This document shows positions 60,515 to 64,000 of a DNA stretch of 64,000 bases, piece after piece; positions within the stretch are counted from its first letter, which is position 1, and every line of letters begins with the position of its first letter. The translations under genes and the position numbers were made by a program. The notes beneath the pieces are model-generated. The model was given only the letters and a program-made list of their open reading frames with translations, ran no database searches and had not been told where the DNA came from. Source of the DNA: Acidobacteriota bacterium (lineage in GTDB: Bacteria; Acidobacteriota; Vicinamibacteria; Marinacidobacterales; SMYC01); NCBI GenBank assembly GCA_004356105.1, contig SMYC01000045.1, positions 172 through 64,171 on the forward strand, read 5' to 3'.

Positions 60515-60754
60515 ATGCCCACGCATCCCGACGGAGAGAGTGCGATCCGCGACAGAGCCGAGGCCCTCGGCGTCGACTTCGATGCCCTAGTGGCCAACCT
60601 CAGGCTCTCCCCGGCCGAACGCATCGCAGAACTCGTGCGAATGAATCGCTTCCACCACGACATTCAGAGCCGGACCTTGTCACCGGAGTTGCGAGCGGCC
60701 TTGCAGGCTCAGGAGATCGAACGCGCCCGGGCAAGGCTCCGCGAGGCGGGATGA
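60515..60754 (+). CDS. Small helical protein, partner of the nucleotidyltransferase
   Basis: GVDFDALVANLRLSPAERI; ATGA overlap with the downstream NTase. Confidence 0.7.
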   Translation: MPTHPDGESAIRDRAEALGVDFDALVANLRLSPAERIAELVRMNRFHHDIQSRTLSPELRAALQAQEIERARARLREAG

Positions 60755-61281
60755 CGGCTCAGCGGAGCGACGACCTGCTCATCCTGTTACAGGATGCAGG
60801 CCTTGACTTCGTCGTCGTTGGCGGCGTGGCGGCCATCGCACACGGGTCAGCACGCAGCACCAAGGATTTGAACATCGTCGTGAAGTTCAACGAAGAGAGC
60901 CTCCAGATACTGGTGGACGCCCTCCGTCCGCACCGTCCGAAGCACCTCAGTCGGCCCGACCTTGGCGTCGTGAATCAGTCTGCTCAGGAGCTCAGCAGTC
61001 ACCGCCTTCTCTTGCTCATCACCGACCTCGGGCGCCTCGATGTCCTCCGAGAGGTCTCCCCCATCGGCGGCCTTCAGAGCCTGGCCACTGTAGACATGGA
61101 ACTCGTCGAAGGACGCTTCTTCCCGGTCATCTCGCTCGATCAACTCATCCTGATCAAGTCTACGCTGACGCGCCCGAAGGACCGGGATGTCGAGACGGAG
61201 CTCCGGACGATTCGCAGCTTAGCTTGCGAAACGGCTTGGGAGACGAGTCCACGCCCAACTCCTAGCCCGGAGAATTCATGA
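60751..61281 (+). CDS. Minimal nucleotidyltransferase (AbiEii/DUF6036-like)
   Basis: FVVVGGVAAIAHGSARSTKDLN, GRLDVL, IKSTLTRPKD. Confidence 0.8.
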   Translation: MTAQRSDDLLILLQDAGLDFVVVGGVAAIAHGSARSTKDLNIVVKFNEESLQILVDALRPHRPKHLSRPDLGVVNQSAQELSSHRLLLLITDLGRLDVLREVSPIGGLQSLATVDMELVEGRFFPVISLDQLILIKSTLTRPKDRDVETELRTIRSLACETAWETSPRPTPSPENS

Positions 61282-61448
61282 GGGTGGCGCAGAGTAGCAC
61301 CATCTCGCAACGGAACCTCTATATTCAAGGGATGATCGAGCGAGAGAAGATCGTGGGGCGCTCGGTCGGGATGATCGCGACGCTGGCTAGGCCTGACGCC
61401 CGGGCAAATCGACGCGACCGTGATCCGGCTGACGATCGGCATCCGAAT

Positions 61449-61640
61449 CTATCTGCAGGCGGTCACTTTAAAGCCCTGACCGAGATCCCGCGCGCATGAC
61501 GCACCGGTTCCCTCGGTCGCCATGCCGCCCTTTCCTTTCTCGCCGGTGAAATTCTCCGGAGATATCGAGCGCGTTCTCGCGCTCGAAACTCGCCAGAGGT
61601 TTCCCAGGTGGCTCCCTAGTCCGTTGTAGGGGCTACTCAT
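61449..61640 (-). pseudogene. DUF2961 (GH172-like) N-terminal fragment
   Basis: LGNLWRVSSARTRSISPENFTGEKGKGGMATEGTGA...RDLGQGFKV, then truncated. Confidence 0.75.
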
Positions 61641-61984
61641 TCTGTGGGCCTCACGGATATTCGACGACCCGTTTCCCGGTCGAAGAAGTAGAGTTTGTTG
61701 CCGTTGAATTTCAGACGTACCTGATCACCCGGCCGGACCGAGGTTCTCCCGCGCACTACGCTCACGATAGACGTCTCTCCCAAGCGGAGAACCACCTGGG
61801 TGTCCGCGCCGGTGGGCTCCACCACAACGACGCTCGCGGCCGTGCCCGTATCTCCGGGCGCGATCTCGTGTGGCCGAACACAGCATATGACGGGCCCGAC
61901 GTCGGGCGGGAGCGTCGGGCTCGGCTCCGCGATCGGAAACCCTCCGGTCGCCACGAAGACGCCGCCGTCGATAGAACCAGGAAT
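61637..61984 (-). pseudogene. C-terminal TOBE half of a MalK-type sugar ABC ATPase
   Basis: IPGSIDGG...VRPHEI...VVEPTGADT...LYFFDRETGRRI. Confidence 0.8.
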
Positions 61985-62221
61985 CCTCCTTTGGGGCCCT
62001 TTGAGAACGCGTCGACGCTGGCCGCGCCAGAGTTTTCTTCGCTCCGAGAGACCAAAGCGGCAAGCGTCCACTACGAGCCGTATCCACAAGAGAATGCGAC
62101 TCAAGCCACGGCTCTCTGCAAGCAGCGCGAGTGTGGTTTCTTCTATCTCCGCTCCGTTGCGTTGCCGGAACTCACCCGGGAGAAGGCGGAGCAGCCTCCG
62201 GCAAAGCTCGCGCTCACTCAC
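61985..62221 (-). pseudogene. N-terminal leader of a PadR-associated ADOP permease (inverted, fused to the MalK tail)
   Basis: RRLLRLLPGEFRQRNGAEI...LWIRLVVD...GLSER; coupled to PadR. Confidence 0.75.
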
Positions 62222-62568
62222 GTCACCTTCCGCAGGCGGGTCTGGGCAAGACGCGCCAACGCTTGGAGCCTGCCGGATTCATCGTGGAGGACGGCTCGCC
62301 CTTGACGCGTCAGTTGATAGTAGCGTCTCTTCTCGCTCTCCCCCGGCGGACGCGCTCGCGGGCCGAGCTCCTCGATGAGTCCGCTCACCACGAGCTTCTC
62401 GAGCGAACCGTAAAGCGTGACCGGCCATAGGCGCACGCTGCCATTTGTCTGCTCTTCCACATCTCTCAAAATGCCGAATCCGTGACGAGGGCCACCTGCC
62501 AGAGCCAGAAGGATATAGAAGGAGGATGGCTTCAGAGACGAAGCTTCACGGTGTTTCCCCATGGACAT
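62218..62568 (-). CDS. PadR-family regulator (acidobacterial type)
   Basis: FYILLALAGGPRHGFGI, PVTLYGSLEKL, RRYYQLTRQG. Confidence 0.9.
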   Translation of the reverse strand: MSMGKHREASSLKPSSFYILLALAGGPRHGFGILRDVEEQTNGSVRLWPVTLYGSLEKLVVSGLIEELGPRARPPGESEKRRYYQLTRQGRAVLHDESGRLQALARLAQTRLRKVT

Positions 62569-62635
62569 ATAATGTATGTATCGTACAAATCCATACTATA
62601 TCTAGCCGAAGCACTGGGCTGTTAAGATTCGGCTC

Positions 62636-62704
62636 ATGGCAACCGAAGGGCAGATCGTGGGTTCAATCATGGGCCTTGCTGTAGGGGACGCGCTCGGCTA
62701 TCCC
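62636..62704 (+). pseudogene. ADP-ribosylglycohydrolase N-terminal stub
   Basis: [15 protein letters not shown] motif, then a junction to MalK sequence. Confidence 0.7.
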
Positions 62705-62939
62705 GAATCTCGACGCCAAGCTCAGGGCGCAACTGCGCGCCGAGATCAAAGAGCTTCACCAGCGGCTCGAGACCACGACGGTCTATGTCACTCACGACCA
62801 GATCGAGGCGATGACGATGGCGGATCGCATCGTCGTCATGCGCGTCGGTAACATCGAGCAAATCGGGTCGCCCATGGATCTCTACGACGATCCGCGCAAC
62901 CTGTTCGTGGCAGGATTCATCGGAAGCCCGACGATGAAT
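62705..62939 (+). pseudogene. Middle fragment of a MalK-type ABC ATPase (inverted)
   Basis: [21 protein letters not shown]...[19 protein letters not shown]...[12 protein letters not shown]. Confidence 0.9.
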
Positions 62940-63855
62940 AGAACAAACGATGAAAGACCTCGCTTTGGCCTGGCGGGTGCTTTGGCGCTCGCGTAGCACG
63001 CCGGCTCTCGTGCTGACGCTTGGGCTCGGTATGGGTGCTCTCAGTGCGATGTTCAGTGTTCTCGATGGCGTGTTGTTGAAGCCACTTCCCTACTTGGAGC
63101 CGGACCGTCTCGTCACCGTCTGGCGATTGCCGAAAACGAGTTTTTCGCCGGCGGACTACCTCGACGTCGCGGAGATGAATCAAGTCTTTGACTCCATCAC
63201 CGCCTATTCCGGTGACAACTTCGGTCTCGTGCATGCGGGAGGGGAGCCGCAGCGAGTTTTCGGCGCACGTACCACCACCAGCTTCTTCGACGTGATGGGG
63301 GCGCCTCCACTCATCGGAAGAACCTATGGTGAGGATGACCGCTACGATGGTCGCGTCGTCGTGTTTCGTCACGACGTCTGGGAGACAATTTTCGGACGCG
63401 ATCCTGACGTGATTGGGCGAACCGTACGCCTCAACGACGAGCCCTACGTCGTCATCGGTGTCATGCCGCCGGAGTTCACTGCCGTCCGTGCTCGCTTGTG
63501 GACGCCTAGTGAAGGCCGCGTTCCCGCGGCACCCATCGATGTCGAGGGCGACATCGCATCGAACCGGCGCCTCTCTTATCTCCGGCTCATCGGACGGCTC
63601 CGTCCCGACGCGACCCTTTCAGGCGCGCAAGCGGACGCGGATCGCATCGGGGAACATTTGAAAGGCGCGCTCGCGTCGCGCGGTGAGAATTTTGGACTCC
63701 TGGTAGAGCCCATGCACGAGACGCTCGTTGGGGCCGCGCGGCAACCGCTATGGATGCTCTTCGGCGCGTCGACGCTTCTGCTCATGATTACCTGTGCGAA
63801 TGTCGCCGGCATGTTGATCGGCCGCGGCGTTCAAAGGCGGCGCGAGCTTGCCATT
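62938..63855 (+). pseudogene. ADOP/MacB-like ABC permease body, separated from its leader and 3'-truncated
   Basis: Manual translation MKDLALAWR...VLLKPLPYLEPDRLV...VIGVMPPEF...ITCANVAG...RRRELAI; resemblance ends at ~63855 although the frame stays open to the window end. Confidence 0.85.
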
Positions 63856-64000
63856 GGGTATAACTCTCATACTGACACCGCAAGGTCATTGCCAACTGCG
63901 TATCGGTACGACATTGTCGAGAGTCGTAACCTCCGCCTTGTAGGTATGTGCGAGCAGAGTCCAGGCTCGCTCGAAGCGATTGCTTTGCACGAGAGCTCGG

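Overview
High-GC bacterial DNA, most likely Acidobacteriota (inferred from an acidobacterial-type PadR/ADOP permease pair, an N-terminally extended HslU, and mglBA downstream of recR). The left ~27 kb is mostly intact core and envelope genes: hslVU, an ECF sigma/anti-sigma pair, glycerate kinase, an Omp85-family protein, AIM24, tRNA-Asn, tRNA-Ser-ffs-dnaX-ybaB-recR-mglBA, a TetR-TolC-MFP-RND pump and a radical SAM enzyme with an atypical CX3CX10C motif. The right ~37 kb is a mosaic of intact operons and decayed accessory DNA. An acyl-CoA ligase/ABC operon is split by a 5.6-kb island rich in toxin-antitoxin (TA) modules with an IS91 remnant. A 3.7-kb island bounded by a 134-bp diverged direct repeat holds a collapsed type I-G-like CRISPR locus (WYL-type HTH stub, AbiE-like pseudogenes, cas1 3' end, cas2, two repeats and one spacer). 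A catabolic operon includes a mini pseudo-aminotransferase and ends in an unexplained GHKL/MORC-like ATPase with an Ig-like segment. There are two uncharacterised nucleotidyltransferase/small-protein pairs and a reconstructable ~0.95-kb inversion that broke a MalK gene and an ADOP permease gene. All calls come from reading motifs by eye; no database searches were run.
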